Positions 42,387 to 56,602 are shown, numbered from the stretch's first letter. The stretch is 64,000 nt of DNA from Octopus vulgaris (GCA_951406725.2 OX597838.1:14446001-14510000); one strand, 5' to 3'. The notes: generated by a model not told the origin, from the letters alone. A program made the numbers and translations.

Positions 42387-42552
42387 CCTTATAGTATTAT
42401 CTTATTGCGAATGGATTAACTGGGGTTGCAAAGATGTTGGGACTTCTGCTGGCATCACATCAAAAAGGGTTTCAACAACTATAGTACCAGTTAGAGATTT
42501 TGATTTTGTAAATCTTGAATTCTCTTTTGATATTGATCCCAAAGATTAAAAG

Positions 42553-42585
<33 letters not shown>

Positions 42586-42856
42586 ATTAACTGCGGGAAC
42601 TTTACTAATAACAAAATAGGGGAGATTATAGTACATGAGAAATGGAGCTGATATTGCGAGGAGTGAACGGTGAGACAATTTAAAATCAAGCGTTGACGAT
42701 TTTAACAATTATAAAAGTATTGGCGGGATCCTCTGTATTCAATGCCATAGCTCGCGCAAAACGTGCTAAGATTACAGTAATTTCACTTGGGCGTTGAGGC
42801 TGACGTTGATGGACGTCACAAATCTAAACATACAGGAATAAGAAAATATATATACA

Positions 42857-43402
<546 letters not shown>

Positions 43403-43565
43403 GGCAAGACGTATTTCTTAGTTATTTCAGAATAAAGACCTGTGCTCTACTCAATAAATAAAGATTTAAACAGAATACACAGTCGTGTCTCTATAACAAC
43501 ATGTCTGAAATAAGAGCTCCTCCCTAATCACACACACACACACATTCATCAGTGTTCATTTGTCC

Positions 43566-43601
<36 letters not shown>

Positions 43602-44194
43602 TTCACTATTGTTTACTATTCTGTGTTCACAGGTCAGTTAAAGCTAGAGGTTTGACAGCTCAAAATATGCTTCTGACATTTTCGCACATTAAGAGCGGAA
43701 TGAACTTTACAAGGACGTCTTCTCGTTCGTGTTTTTTCTGTTGTTTTACTGTGATCTTCCTGGAAAAAAAAGACAGGACAACGAATAACGTGAATGCTGT
43801 ACATGTGTATGTGTATGTAGAGGAGAGAGAGAGAGCGAGAGAGACAGAGACAGAGACAGACAGAGCGAGAGAGAGAGAGATGCTGTTGTTGTTTGGATAA
43901 ACAAAACAAGGTGAAAAAAAAAAAAAAAATTATTCAGTGCATTGCTGCAAAAGCGTGTGCATTTATTAAGAAAAAAATATATTGACACAAAAATTAGTCT
44001 CGTTTCTTTCTCTTAGAATTTGACAAATTCTCTAGAGAAGAAAAAGAGACTTGTTTCGTAAATGTCAGCTTAACACACATAACATACATACATACATTCA
44101 TACTTATATATGTGTGTGTGAGGACCTGTGTGTGTGTATGAGAGAGAACGTGTGTGTATGAGTGCACACACATACGCATGCACACACAAGTGTC

Positions 44195-44520
44195 CCTTAT
44201 CTTTTATACTTGTTTCGGTCATTAGACTGCGGCCATGCTGGAACACCGGCTTACTCTTTTATTCTTTTATTTGTTTCAAGTCAGTTGACTGCGGCCATGC
44301 TGGAGTACCGCCTTCTAGTCGAAGAAATCGACCCCGGGACTTATTCTTTGTAAGTCTAGTACTTATTCTATCGGTCTCTTTTGCCGAAGCGCTAAGTTTC
44401 GGGGACATAAACAAACCAATATCGGTTGTCAAGCGATGGCGGGGGGGGACAAACACAGATACACAGACACACACACACACGCGCACACACACACACACGC
44501 ACACACACACACACACATCG
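44195..44520 (-). mobile_element. SINE family A, 3' half with duplicated tail
   Basis: GACTGCGGCCATGCTGGA occurs twice (~44225 and ~44287). Confidence 0.8.
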
Positions 44521-45189
44521 GTGCACTAGTATGGTCATAGCCTTTGGGCTGAAACGAATAATAATAATAATCATTTCTACTATAGGCACAATGCGTGAAA
44601 CTTTGGGGGAGGAGGCCAGTCGAGTAAATCGACCCCAGTGCGTAACTGGTACTTAATTTATCGACTTCGAAAGGATGCAAGGCAAAGTCGACCTCGACGG
44701 AATATATACATATATATATATACACGTTATTTTGAGAAATATTGAATCCGTCTTGGAAAATTCATTACAATGTCTTCAGGAAATATGAGTGAGACTCGTG
44801 GGATATGCTACACGACATTGTGAGACTCACATTTTCTGTGGAGTCACGCGGAGTCCAATGTCTTGTAGTGTATTGTGGGCTGATGCGATGTAGTGCTGCG
44901 TGGAGTAACCTCGTGTAATATAGTACAGTATTGTGTGGTAGGCTCGCATGTAGCGACAAAGCCTGGTCAGCAGAGTGATGAACGGGCGTCGATCGTTGAA
45001 GCTCGTAATTCCAACCATTGAGGAGAAGCAACAAGGAGAGTTCTAAGGAGGACATGACAAGTGTCAACCAGCTTCGCCTACAGCAGATGTCATCGTTACC
45101 GCTGTGCGTGTTGTGTTATTTGGGTGACGTAGTATAGTGGTCTGTTGTGTAGTGTTTGTGTATGCTGTGTTGTGAAAATAAAAGGGCAC

Positions 45190-45812
45190 AGTGCCTCAGT
45201 GTTCCCTTGCCTCCTCTATGCCACGGAATACAAGGCCCTCTACTGCATGCACATCAAGGCCCTGACACGAGCCCGACTTCGTCATCTGTGCTTCATCTAT
45301 CATATCTGATGGTGGAATTGTATTCCTGATGTAGAGGTCCTGCGCCACACTGGCGTAGTTTGTGTGGAAGCACTCATTATCTCATCGCAGCTGTAGTGAG
45401 CAGGAATTGTTTGCAGGATGGAGGGCAATGGGCTTCCATTTTACTCTGGTCAAGAGGAGCCGTGATGGCCAGAGGTTACGATACAGGGATATGCTGAAGA
45501 GACATGAAGAACTCCAGCATCTCCCCTAAATACCTGTGAGGAGAAGGCTCTGTGACGCGATGAATGGCACCAATCACTGAAGTTAGTAATTCCAGCCATT
45601 GAGGAGAAACAACAGAGGGAACGTGAAAGAGCACCTGCGAGGTATCACTTCACTGTAGCGTTAAGAAGCTTCACCTGAAGCAGATGCCATCCTGCTGCAG
45701 ATCAAAACCTGGCCTTGAAGCTCATATGCGAGCCTTCCAGAGATTATTACTGAACAAGAACAATCAATGTTGACCTACGATGGACAGCCGAAGAAATAAT
45801 GAAATAATGAAA
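45190..45812 (+). pseudogene. RTE-clade LINE 3' fragment
   Basis: LLYATE..LYCMHIKALTRARLRHLCFIYHI*WWNCIPDVEVLRHTGVVCVEALIISSQL**AG...QRLRYRDMLKR...CRSKPGLEAHMR; 3' end GATGGACAGCC plus a short-repeat tail; a second fragment at ~44960-45100. Confidence 0.8.
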
Positions 45813-46789
45813 ATGCACTGTTCCGTGATAGAAAGATCAACAAGAAAGTACTCCATCGAGTGAGAGAAATATTATTTATTTAAAGGAGACAGTACATGTC
45901 TTTAAGTGATACTGATAGTTTCATTTCCACACATATAAAGAAGTTTATGCGGTGTGGTATGATGCGATATGTGGTGTAATAGCCTGATGTGCTTTGGTGT
46001 TGTGTTGTGAGATTGTAAAGCTCGGTTGTGGTACAAAACAATGTAATTTGATGTGGTGTAGCATTGCGTAATCTACGTAGTTTTTGTATAGCCATAAATC
46101 AGCTTTAACCTAGCAGACTTATGATCAAATGTATTTCACACAAGCCTAACTTTTCTCTAGAAGGAATATACTCCTGACTTCATGGGGGCCAAGTGGAGGC
46201 TTCCTCACTGGTTGCGAAGTTTTATATGATTAAAATCAGTTCTCTATTCTATTCAATTGACTCTAAATTCTTTCTCTCCCCTTCCCCTCTCTCTCTGGCT
46301 GGTTGTCTCTCTCTCTCGCTCTCTCTCCATCCTCTCTCTCTTCCTTTCTCCTCCTGACACAAATAGACTGCTTAGTTCGTTGATACAATTTTAAAGGATC
46401 GGAGGCGAGAGAACAATGGGCAGCTGTTCCATTGATGAATGGGAGAATAGACAGAATGACAGAATGAAAACACGAGAGAATGGATGAATAATAGGACAGA
46501 TGAATAATAGTATTGGAACAGATCGCAGAAAAACGTTAGAGTGGATCTGAATGGATTGGGTGGGTCTCTCAGAAAATAGTAATCACTTAGATTTAGACAA
46601 GGGCTGTAGAATTAAGCTACCGTTCTGTGTAATGACACCATCACCTGGTCCTTGAGCGCCTGTGGCGAAGTCTACTCGAGCAAAGCCGATTGAAAGCATT
46701 GATTATTCGGACAGTCGCCTGGGGTGCACGTGCTTGGGAGTGCCACGTCATGTTTGGTATCTTCCCATATTCAAGGAAAGGAAATGGGA

Positions 46790-47270
46790 AAATAATGCGA
46801 GTTTCAATTCCAATATCGTTCAGTCTTTTAGGCAGCAATTTTGGGTGTTGTGCCAAGCGGAGTAATTACTACAGGAATAATTATTGTCTTATTCTTCTTC
46901 AATCTTCTCGTTTCTCTAGCTAGATTCTCATATTTCTCATTTTTTTTTTTCAATTTCTTGGGTATCGACTCAGCTATCATAGGCAATTGCAATGTCTATG
47001 ATCTCATACTGTTTTACCATGTTCTCTATGACCATATCTGGTCTTCTTGTCATTATATTACGACCAGGCTTAATGAGAAAGTCCCACAAGATCCGGCAGT
47101 TCTCATTTTCTATCAAAGCCTTTGCTTCGTGTTCATACCAGTCTTCTGTTATTGTGGCCCCACACTTGGCTAACATCCTCTCGAAATGCACTGTTTTCCC
47201 TACATAGTCATGCCCGCGCCTATACTCCTTTTGTGCTATTATGCTGCACACGCTCAAGAGATGAGTGATG
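46790..47270 (-). pseudogene. R4/NeSL-type non-LTR retrotransposon RLE-domain fragment
   Basis: HLLSVCSIIAQKEYRRGHDYVGKTVH...WYEHEAKALIENENCRILWDF...RRPDMVIE...IIDIAIAYD (RHD-like, W-D-F and RPD..D motifs). Confidence 0.85.
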
Positions 47271-47821
47271 TATGTGTATGTGTGTATATATTGTTATACA
47301 TGGGGATGGTTATCTTTTGCCAATTGAACATTCGCACTATTTATTTGATCTTTTTCTTCTTCTTCTTATTCTTATTATTATTATTCTTCTTATTATTATT
47401 ATTGTTGTTGTTGTTATTGTTGTTGTTGTTGTTGTTGTTGTTGTTCTTCTTCTTCTTCTTCTTCTTCTTCTTCTTCTTCTTCTCCTCCTCCTCCTTCTTG
47501 TTCTTCGCCTCTGCCTCTCCTCCTCCTCCTCCTTCATCTGTTTGACTTTTGCTTTGTAATTTGTACAAGTTGACTCCAAGTCTCGCCCAGCAATTTAGAA
47601 GTTCAAGTTGGTGTTATGACTAAGATGCCATACATTTGGTTTTGCACAAAATATTGCTTTAGATAATGTCTAAGAAAACATTCGAAAATTATAAGTTTGT
47701 TTTAAAATTTGGTATAACATAGACAGTATTTTACATGGGATATGGGCACTATTTTTTGAATTTCTATCATTTATGGATTTCCTAGTATCTGAGCTGGGTA
47801 TCAATCAGCCTCTTTTGCTCC

Positions 47822-47900
<79 letters not shown>

Positions 47901-48113
47901 CATTCAGTAGTTTTATTTTTATAGCGTGCTTTCACTTCACTACCGAGCGCAGCTCTGTGTGCCTTGGGTATGTGCTGTGATTTGTTGTGATGCTCTGATG
48001 GTTATTGTATGGAAAGTGTTCTGCGTAGGATGTGTGCAGTGCCAAGTAGTACAATTTTCTGTATGTTATACGTGTTTGTAAGTCCTGGTGTTTTTGTTAT
48101 GTATTTGTCTGAA
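47901..48113 (-). mobile_element. 5'-truncated R4/Dong-like element 3' end inside (TAA)n
   Basis: Minus strand YSDKYITKTPGLTNTYNIQKIVLLGTAHILRRTLSIQ* plus 3' UTR; (ATT)n on both sides (47822-47900 and 48114-48360). Confidence 0.8.
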
Positions 48114-48161
<48 letters not shown>

Positions 48162-48166
48162 CATCA

Positions 48167-48236
<70 letters not shown>

Positions 48237-48289
48237 CATCATCATCATCATCATCATTATTATTATTGTTATTATTATTATTATTATTA

Positions 48290-48361
<72 letters not shown>

Positions 48362-49214
48362 CAGAAATTAAGTCGGCTGCTTCCCAGGAAAAATATTTTA
48401 TGAAAAATATAGAAAAATATACAAACTAAGCTCAAATGTAAAATGTAAGAGACGCCTGAGGCGAGAGCTAGTATTTCATTGTCACGTGATTATTTTCCAT
48501 TAACCATCGGGTTACCTCCCCTTACTTTTTCTATTATTTCTCTTTCGTAGTTGGTGGTGGTGTGTATGTTTCTTCGGTCATAATTCCTCCTCCGTCTACA
48601 CTTTCCTATCTTCCCAGTTCCAAATCTCCATCAGCGCTGTCCTGTTCTGTTTTCTACAAGATTTAAGAAGAATCTTACATATATCATACTTAACGTCAGT
48701 TTCTCCTTCTTCTCCTACACTTATTTTTTTTTCTTCCTGTTTCTGTCGTCTGCTTGTATATTTTCTCTGAGTTTTCAGTGAAACGTTTGACCCATTGTTG
48801 ACCAGTGGAAAGGAAATCCTTTTGTTACCGTGTTTTTCTTTCTGTTTCTTCAATACAGTTCGTAATACAGAGCTGACATGAGGGCTGGCTAGTGGGTCGG
48901 CCGGCTGGCTGGCTGACTGGCTGATTAATTGTGGAGAGAAGGAAATGTTGGGACAGCTTCATTCCATCTTACAGTAATTATTGTTCAGTGTCTGAATTTT
49001 GGCCATCCACCACTCTAGAAGAAGAGACGGAGAGAGACAGAAAGACAGAGACAGAGAGAGACAGAAAGAGAAATAGAGCGAGGGAGGGAAAGAAACAGAG
49101 AAATGAATAGAGAGAGAGAGAAAGAGAGATAATGGAACTGATGCCAAGAGGTCCTTTCAACCCATCACAAAAACACTTTTCTATCAACTCCTCTCTCTTT
49201 CGTCTCTCCCACTT

Positions 49215-49260
<46 letters not shown>

Positions 49261-49454
49261 TCACTTTTACAGCCCCTCTCCTCCCGTTGGCCAGAACAAT
49301 TCCATACTCGCAATTACAAAGAATTACAGACTCACTATCAGACGTTGATAATTAGCTCTAACAACAACAATAATAGTTACAATAGCAATAATGCCAAAGC
49401 TAACAATAGCAAAAATAACAATAAGAACAACAGCAACAACAACAACAAAAACAA

Positions 49455-50042
49455 TAATAAATTGTTTTCTTTATTAACAACTAAGGGTTCACAAAAAACA
49501 TTGGTGATGGTACAGAATAATACAATGTGAGTAAAAAAGTAAAAAAAAACCAGTAATATAGAATTATAACAGTGAATAATTATCCAGAAGAGGGAGACTT
49601 GCTATGGCTGCTCGAGGAGACCTCACTATACTACGGTCATCCTGACCACTAGGGCAAGTGCTTTCTTCAAATCGTCCTCCTTCGACCTACAGGCGCATGT
49701 TTGGACCATTTTTCCATGATTCACCCATTTTTTAATAAAATTGCTGGGAGACAACATTCCCCTCTCTACTTTCACTTTCGTTTTCAGGTGAAAATTTGAA
49801 TTTCAATTTAGTCCACTATGCTATCTCTTTTGCTAAATGCCACCAGACACAGAAACACTGGCTTCCTTTCCCGGTCAAGGGAAGGAGACGAAGCGATCTT
49901 CACACTGGACTCAGCCGAGAGCCGGGTCCGTCCTACAGATGACAGCAGATTTTCGACATAAACCCACAGGTCAGCAATGATCAGGCGCTAGATAAGAGCG
50001 TGCAGACCAATTTCGTCGCTCTGCGCGCATCTGGGGCAAACC
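49455..50042 (-). pseudogene. L1/Tx1-like ORF2 C-terminus and 3' UTR
   Basis: CPRCAQSDEIGLHALI* (CCHC zf-RVT relic)...DLWVYVENLLS...VFLCLVA/LAKEIA*WTKLK...HLKTKVKVERGMLSPSNFIKKW. Confidence 0.75.
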
Positions 50043-51065
50043 ATTAACAATCGGGTTATTTCTTTCTAAAATAGGCACAAGAACTAAAATTCTAGATGGA
50101 ATGTATATCGTCGATTATGTTTAACCCCAGCGCTCATTACGAGCCTGAAAAGATGATGCGCAGCCTTCGACTTTTTCTCACCAAAAGGGATTTTCAACAC
50201 AATATTTACATGCTATTATTTACCTTCAATATTGTTGAAACAAAAGTAAATAAATAAAAAAATTTTTACGGAAACTTACAACTTAAAAATAATTTAAAAG
50301 AGCATTAAAATATTGTCTATTTAAAAAAAGCTAAAATATAAATACAGTACAAACAACTTACGATTTTGAAATCATATTCAGTTAAAAATATTTATAAATG
50401 ATTAAAATATTGCGTACGACAAAAACTTGACGTTTTTTTTTTATCTTAGAGAGCGCGAAAACTTTGTGTGTGTATATGTTACAGATAGCGGACGTGTGTT
50501 TATATTGATTGACATACCATGACATTCATTATATGTGTGTGTATCCTGTACGTGTTGACGTCACGGAAGCCATGATTCTTTTTTCTTCAAGAAATAACAA
50601 ACAAAAATTGTGTTCAGTCGTCTTCATTAATAAATATAAGTCCAAATACCACAAAAAATTGTACCGTACTGCCGAAGGTATGTATGAAAATAAATGTGCA
50701 AAAAAAAAATTAAGATAAAAGATACTATTTCTGAGATATTTCGGGCACAGACAAATATCCGCAGAGTTTTAGTATTAAGTTATTTACATATATATATATA
50801 TATGTACATATATATATATATGTACATATATATATTTATATGCACGAGCTCTGGCCATGCTGGGGCACTGCCATTTGGTGTTGCTGCATAATTTTACTTC
50901 ACGAATGCTTTTTAGGAATTGACATTTGGTGCATGAGAGAGTTTGATGCAGCTGCACTCATCTGCACTCCTGCCGCGAAGCTGGTTCGTCTGAGACACTT
51001 GATATACATATATATACATATATATATGTATATATATGTATATATATAATTTTTTTTTCCTAGTT

Positions 51066-51101
<36 letters not shown>

Positions 51102-51104
<3 letters not shown>

Positions 51105-51266
51105 ATTAGTGGATGGAATTGTACAGAATTCCTTTTATTACATTCTACACATGTTTCAAAGTTTGGAAAATTTGGAAAATTGTGGCCTTTGAAACATGTG
51201 TAGAATGTAATAAAAGGAATTCTGTACAATCTTCGTTCAACTCCATTTCTTCCATTCACTAATTAT
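51102..51266. repeat. long hairpin with perfect 44-bp inverted arms
   Basis: 51118-51161 is the exact reverse complement of 51187-51230 (25-nt loop); outer arms at 51102-51118 and 51250-51266. Confidence 0.95.
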
Positions 51267-51413
51267 ATTAAACTTCAATTATCCGCACCAACGCACGGTT
51301 GCAACACCATATGGTCTTATCTCCAACCGTGTTTTTTCTGCTGTGATTTTTGCTACCCAGGTATCGGTTAAACTTTTGAATAATCCGTAACAAGAAAATT
51401 CATCTTTCCATTT

Positions 51414-51476
<63 letters not shown>

Positions 51477-51519
51477 TATACATATATATACAAACATATA
51501 TAGTTTTTTCACTTTTTAC

Positions 51520-51577
<58 letters not shown>

Positions 51578-52412
51578 GTACATACATATACATATATATG
51601 TGTGGGTGTGCATTAGTCTCACCACACCACTGAATAACCGATGTTGGTGTGTTTATGTCTCCTTAACATAACGGTTCGGTACAAAAGACCGATAGAATAA
51701 ATACCAGGCTTAAAAAAGAATGTATTCGTGTCGTTCGTTCGACTAAACATTATTGAAGGGGCTGCCTCAGGATGGCCGCAGTCTAATGACTGAATTAAGC
51801 AAAAAAGATAAAAGATAAAAGATGCGCGCGCGTGTGTGTGTGTGTGTTTATAAAGAAGGCGATAGAAGGGATTGTCACGACTAGAACGCTTTTGTTCACA
51901 GATCAGAGCTGACTGGGTTAATCAACAACTCAATGGTAAAAAAAAAACGCATATTTCTAAGAACAAAAAGAAAGACTATATTGCTTTAGTTGTTCACAAC
52001 CCATATCAATTTTATTCTGTCTGTCTGTTTGTCTGTCCGTCTCACTTTTCTCTTTCTTCATCTGCCGAAGGACAAACACCCGAAGCGTTAGGTTTATGAG
52101 TTTACGCACCGATTAAATCGATCGATCTCTGCCATCGAACTTTTTTCCTATGTTATTCATGTTTTGTTCTTTTTTCTTATTTGCTTTTTTCTTTTTTTTT
52201 TTTTTGTATTTTTGTTAGTAATAAATAATAAATAAAACAATTAAAGTTTTGATTGGTTCCCCAGTCTATTCTTAATTGAATGTAATTAGTTTCAGGTTTG
52301 ATTTGTCTTGTGCTTAAAGCAAGACGTGAGGAACATGGGTGGGAGAGGAGAGAAAAAGAAAGAAAGAAAGAAAGAAAAAATGAAAGCAGGAATGAAAGGA
52401 ATATATAAATAG

Positions 52413-52568
52413 CAGGCGTGGCAGTGGTAAGAAGCTTAGTTCCCAACTACATGGTTCTGGGTACAGTCCCATTGCAGGGCACCCGTGGCCTGCGTCTTCT
52501 ACTATAGCCTCGGGCTGACCTAAGACTAGTTTGTGGATTTGGTTGATAAAATCTGAAAGAAACCAGTC

Positions 52569-52628
<60 letters not shown>

Positions 52629-52821
52629 CCTCTCTTTTTATCTCCTTTCTCTCTTTTTATTTCTGTGTTCCTTTCTGTCGAAGAGCGTAGGCTCGAAACA
52701 TAAAAGAATTTCTCACTTCCCGAGCATTAAACTAATACATCTGTTTGTTGTTTACACACCCGTCTTCGTCCTTTATTTTGTTTGTTTTGTAAATTCCAAC
52801 TATATATATATATACGTACAT

Positions 52822-52859
<38 letters not shown>

Positions 52860-53120
52860 GTGTGTGTGTGTGTATGAGCGCGCGTGTGCGTGTGTGTGCC
52901 TTTGCGTCTGTCTTTGTCCCCCATAACCACCTGACAACCGGTCCTAGTGTGTTTATGTCCCCGTAACTTAGCGGTTCAGCAAAAAAAAAAACGATAGAAT
53001 AATTACCAAGCTTAAAGAAATAAACACTGGGGTTGATTTATTCCACTAAAGAAGTTTCCAAGGCGTGGCCCCAGCATGGCCGCAATCTAATGACTGAAAC
53101 AAGTAAAACAATAAAAGATA
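52413..53120 (+). mobile_element. diverged SINE family A, interrupted in its (TA)n by a hammerhead-bearing element
   Basis: Head at 52413-52570 and tail at 52900-53120. Confidence 0.8.
52627..52800 (+). mobile_element. Penelope-like/retrozyme-like element with minimal hammerhead motif (subfamily 1 variant)
   Basis: CTTT-CTGTCGA-A-GAGC-GTAG-GCTC-GAAACATA-AAAG (52671-52706); (TA)n on both sides. Confidence 0.65.
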
Positions 53121-53285
53121 AAAAAAAAAGTTAATAAAAGAAAAAAATTAGAAAAAAACGTAAAAGTGGGGCCTGGGTGGAGTTTAGGGGACGATAAGAT
53201 GGCGGTGGACTCGCATGGGATCAAAGGAACCCTATTATTTCAGGCTTCAACAAAACAGAAAGGGATTCAGTATTGCAATAAACTA

Positions 53286-53301
53286 CCACCAGATGGCAGT
53301 A
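53286..53301 (+). promoter_or_regulatory. CTCF-like motif
   Basis: CCACCAGATGGCAGTA matches the CTCF core consensus CCASYAGRKGGCRS; YY1-like AAGATGGCGG at 53196-53205. Confidence 0.45.
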
Positions 53302-53576
53302 CTCAAGGTTTCTTCAATAGAAACACTTCATTCTTTGAGGTTCTAGATTGAATCATGTTGGAATTGGTTGCAGGAATATCTGGAATAATATCTGTGGGGT
53401 AGTGTTATCTGTAAGGAGAGGAAGTGGCATTCTAAGCACACTTCACTGTGCCACAACACGTATTGAACACACATCCTGAAGTTTAGAACCACTGTGCGCT
53501 TAACGTTTTGGATAGACATAGGACACCAAGCACAGACCAACCGGCATACACACAGAGCCCCGTGTGTGTGTTTGTT

Positions 53577-53635
<59 letters not shown>

Positions 53636-53871
53636 ATGTGCGTGTGTATCCGTTGTAAATAAAATTATAAGCCTTCACCGTATTAGGGAGTATAAGACCC
53701 CATATTAGGGCGTGTAAGACCCCCATAACGGGAGAAAATGGGCATTATATATGTGTGCATATTTGCGTGTGTGTGTGTGTGTGTGTGTGTATACATACAC
53801 ACACACATACACACACATATATATATGCATACGGATATGTGTGTGTACGTGTGTGTACGTGTTTGTATATA

Positions 53872-53990
53872 CAGGTACAAGACATTGTAGATCTTTAGCT
53901 GGGCTAAAAAGTCACATTCGATCACAGCACCAGTAACAGTTAAGCTTCGTGCAATGGCCATACTCGATAACGTGGGGGGCAGCCATAATG
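53872..53990 (+). mobile_element. RTE-clade LINE extreme 3' end
   Basis: TRHCRSLAGLKSHIRSQHQ* followed by a short UTR ending GGCAGCCAT and a (TATG)n tail. Confidence 0.65.
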
Positions 53991-54632
53991 TATGTATGTA
54001 TGTATGTATGTATGTATGTATGTATGTATGTATGTATGTATGTATGTATGTGTGTATGTATGTGTGTATGTATGATGTATGTATGTATATATGTATGTAT
54101 GTATATATGTATGTATGTATGTATATATGAATGTATGTATGTATGTATGTATGTATATATGTATGTATGTATGATGTATATATGTATGTATATGTGTATG
54201 TATGTATGATGTATATATGTATGTATATGTGTATGTATGTATGTATGTATGTATGTACGTATGTATGTATGTATGTATGTACGTATGTATGTATACATGT
54301 ATGTATGTATGCGTGTATGTGTGTATGTATGTATGTATGTATGTATGTATGTATGTATGTATGTATGCGTGAGCGTCTGTTTGAGTGCATACATGTAGGT
54401 ATGTATGTTAATGATATATTAAAACCCTAGCTTTGACAGTAAAGACGAAGGGGATATTGAATAGGGGATGCACAATGTATCGACTTTAAAGGTGAATACT
54501 TTTCCTCTTCACTTGTGTTGAACGCCACGGCGGTCATCAGGTGAAGAGTTCACCAGATCACCCACACATCCACCCACTCGCACATCCACCCATACACGTG
54601 TGTCTGCATTGTCGCGTACGATCTGTATCGTA

Positions 54633-54900
54633 GGAGGAGGAGGAGGAGGAGGAGAAGAAGAAGAAGAAGAAGAAGAAGAAGAAGAAGAAGAGGAGGAGGA
54701 GGAGGAGGAGGTGGAGGAGAATCAGAAGAAGAAGGAGAAGAAGAAGACTAAGAAGGAGAAGAAGAAGAAGAAGAAGAAGGAGAAGAAGAAGAAGAAGAAG
54801 AAGAAGAAGAAGAAGAAGAAGAAGAAGAAGAAGAAGAAGAAGAATGGGGAGGAGAAGTAGAAGAAGAAGAACAACAACAAGAACAAGAAGAAGAAGAAGA
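54633..54900. repeat. (GGA)n/(GAA)n microsatellite
   Basis: Direct reading. Confidence 0.95.
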
Positions 54901-55404
54901 ACGCAGGAGCACTCATTGTGCTAAGTCTGCTCCCTTGCCTGCCATCTCACCTCTTACCTCTACCTCTTACACCTGTCATTTACCTTGATAAATGTACTAC
55001 CTGACTTATAAGTATTATCTCGCTGATACCCCATTCCATCACGCACCAAATATTAGTCTTTAGTTGGTTTTTACCTATATCCTCTTATATGTGCGTGTGT
55101 GTTATTGTTATTGTTGTTGTTATTGTTGGTGGTGGTGGTGGTCATGTTGTTATTGTAATTGTTGTTGTTCAGGTTAACCCTTATCAAGCAGGTGTTCTAG
55201 CCGGAAGACCACCTTGTATTTTTGTCCGACAGTGTATCTAGCTAGACTCTACATTGTGTAATATGTCCTACCTTCGTTCACGTCGCTACCGATGTGATAT
55301 GGCAAAGAACTTCGCTGTACTTTCTAGCAAATCTGGAAACTCCTTTTTTGACCTGCCTTCCTGGATATAAAGTAAACTTATTGAATAAAATAACAGTCAT
55401 GTAT

Positions 55405-55613
55405 TTCTTTTTTTCGTTTATTCTTTTATATGTTTCAGTCATATGACTGCGGCCATGCTGGAGCACCGCCTTTTAGTCGAGCAAATCGACCCCGGGACTT
55501 ATTCTCTGTAAGCCTAGTACTTATTCTATCGGTCTCTCTTGCCGAACCGCTAAGTGACGGGGACACAAACACTCCAGCATCGGTTGTCAAGCGATGTTGT
55601 GGGGGGGGGGACG

Positions 55614-55675
<62 letters not shown>

Positions 55676-55845
55676 CCGTGCTAACGATTCTGCCAGCTCG
55701 CCACTTCTACACAGTTTCCGTCTGTCAAATTCCCTCATAGACATTGGTCGACCCAGGGCTATAGTAGTAGAAGACCCTTGCCCAAGGTGACGCGAAGTGC
55801 GACTAAACCCGAAACCACACGTTTACAAAGCGGGCTTCTTAACCC
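55405..55845 (-). mobile_element. SINE family A tail, SINE B head fragment and old family A head
   Basis: Family A 3' half at 55405-55650; GTGCTAACGATTCTGCCAGCTCGCC at 55678-55702; diverged head at 55710-55845. Confidence 0.7.
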
Positions 55846-56176
55846 CAATGTCTTTCGTTATTTTAATGAAGCTCAACTTGAGTCATGTTCTGGGTAGCTT
55901 GTATGCAACATTCTGAGTGAATCAACATCACCGGATCAACTGAAGATTCTTAGTAATTTATCTAAAATAAAGCGAATTCATGTGATTGTAATTATTTCGG
56001 GTATTTATAAAGCCAGGCAAAACCGGATACAGCTGCAAGTATTCTTATAAGGCATCCTAAAAGTGAATGGGATTATAATAGAAAACTAACTTTCCATTTC
56101 GTTCTCCTGGGGGCCGATAAAAATCAACTACTATTCAAATTACTGATACAAATTTAATATTTCTATACAGCGAAAC

Positions 56177-56400
56177 TGTGGAGGAACATGGCCTAGTGGT
56201 TAGAGCAGCGGACTCGCAGTCGAGGGATCGCGGTTTCGAATCTCAGACCGGGCAATGTGTGTGTGTTTACGAGCAAAATGTCTAAGCTCCGCGCGACTCC
56301 GGCAGAAGGTAATGGCGAATGTCTGCTGACTCTCTCGCCAGAACTTTCTCTCACTCTTGCAGCTTACCTGCAACGGACCGGCGTCCCGTCCAGGTGGGGA
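56177..56400 (+). mobile_element. SINE with a family C head and a family D-like body motif
   Basis: TGTGGAGG..CATGGCCTAGTGGTTAGAGCAGCGGACTCGC...GGTTTCGAATC...GGCGTCCCGTCCAG. Confidence 0.75.
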
Positions 56401-56602
56401 TTCCGTCCACCAATCTTTGGGGGCCTTGCGAGAAGTCCCAGAACGTTGACCTTTATTTATAATACATCCACATTTGTACTTTTCGCGAGCACTCCCACAT
56501 TTGTGGCTTAACATCCAACTCCTTCATTTTTGCAGTTTTTAGACCAACACTTCCACATTTGCATACTTGCACATTTCCACATTAGTTTTTAGTCTCACAC
56601 AT

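Noticed and set aside
53655-53725. Duplicated TATTAGGG.GT.TAAGACCCC as a transposon terminus
   Set aside because: No matching opposite TIR or TSD was found.
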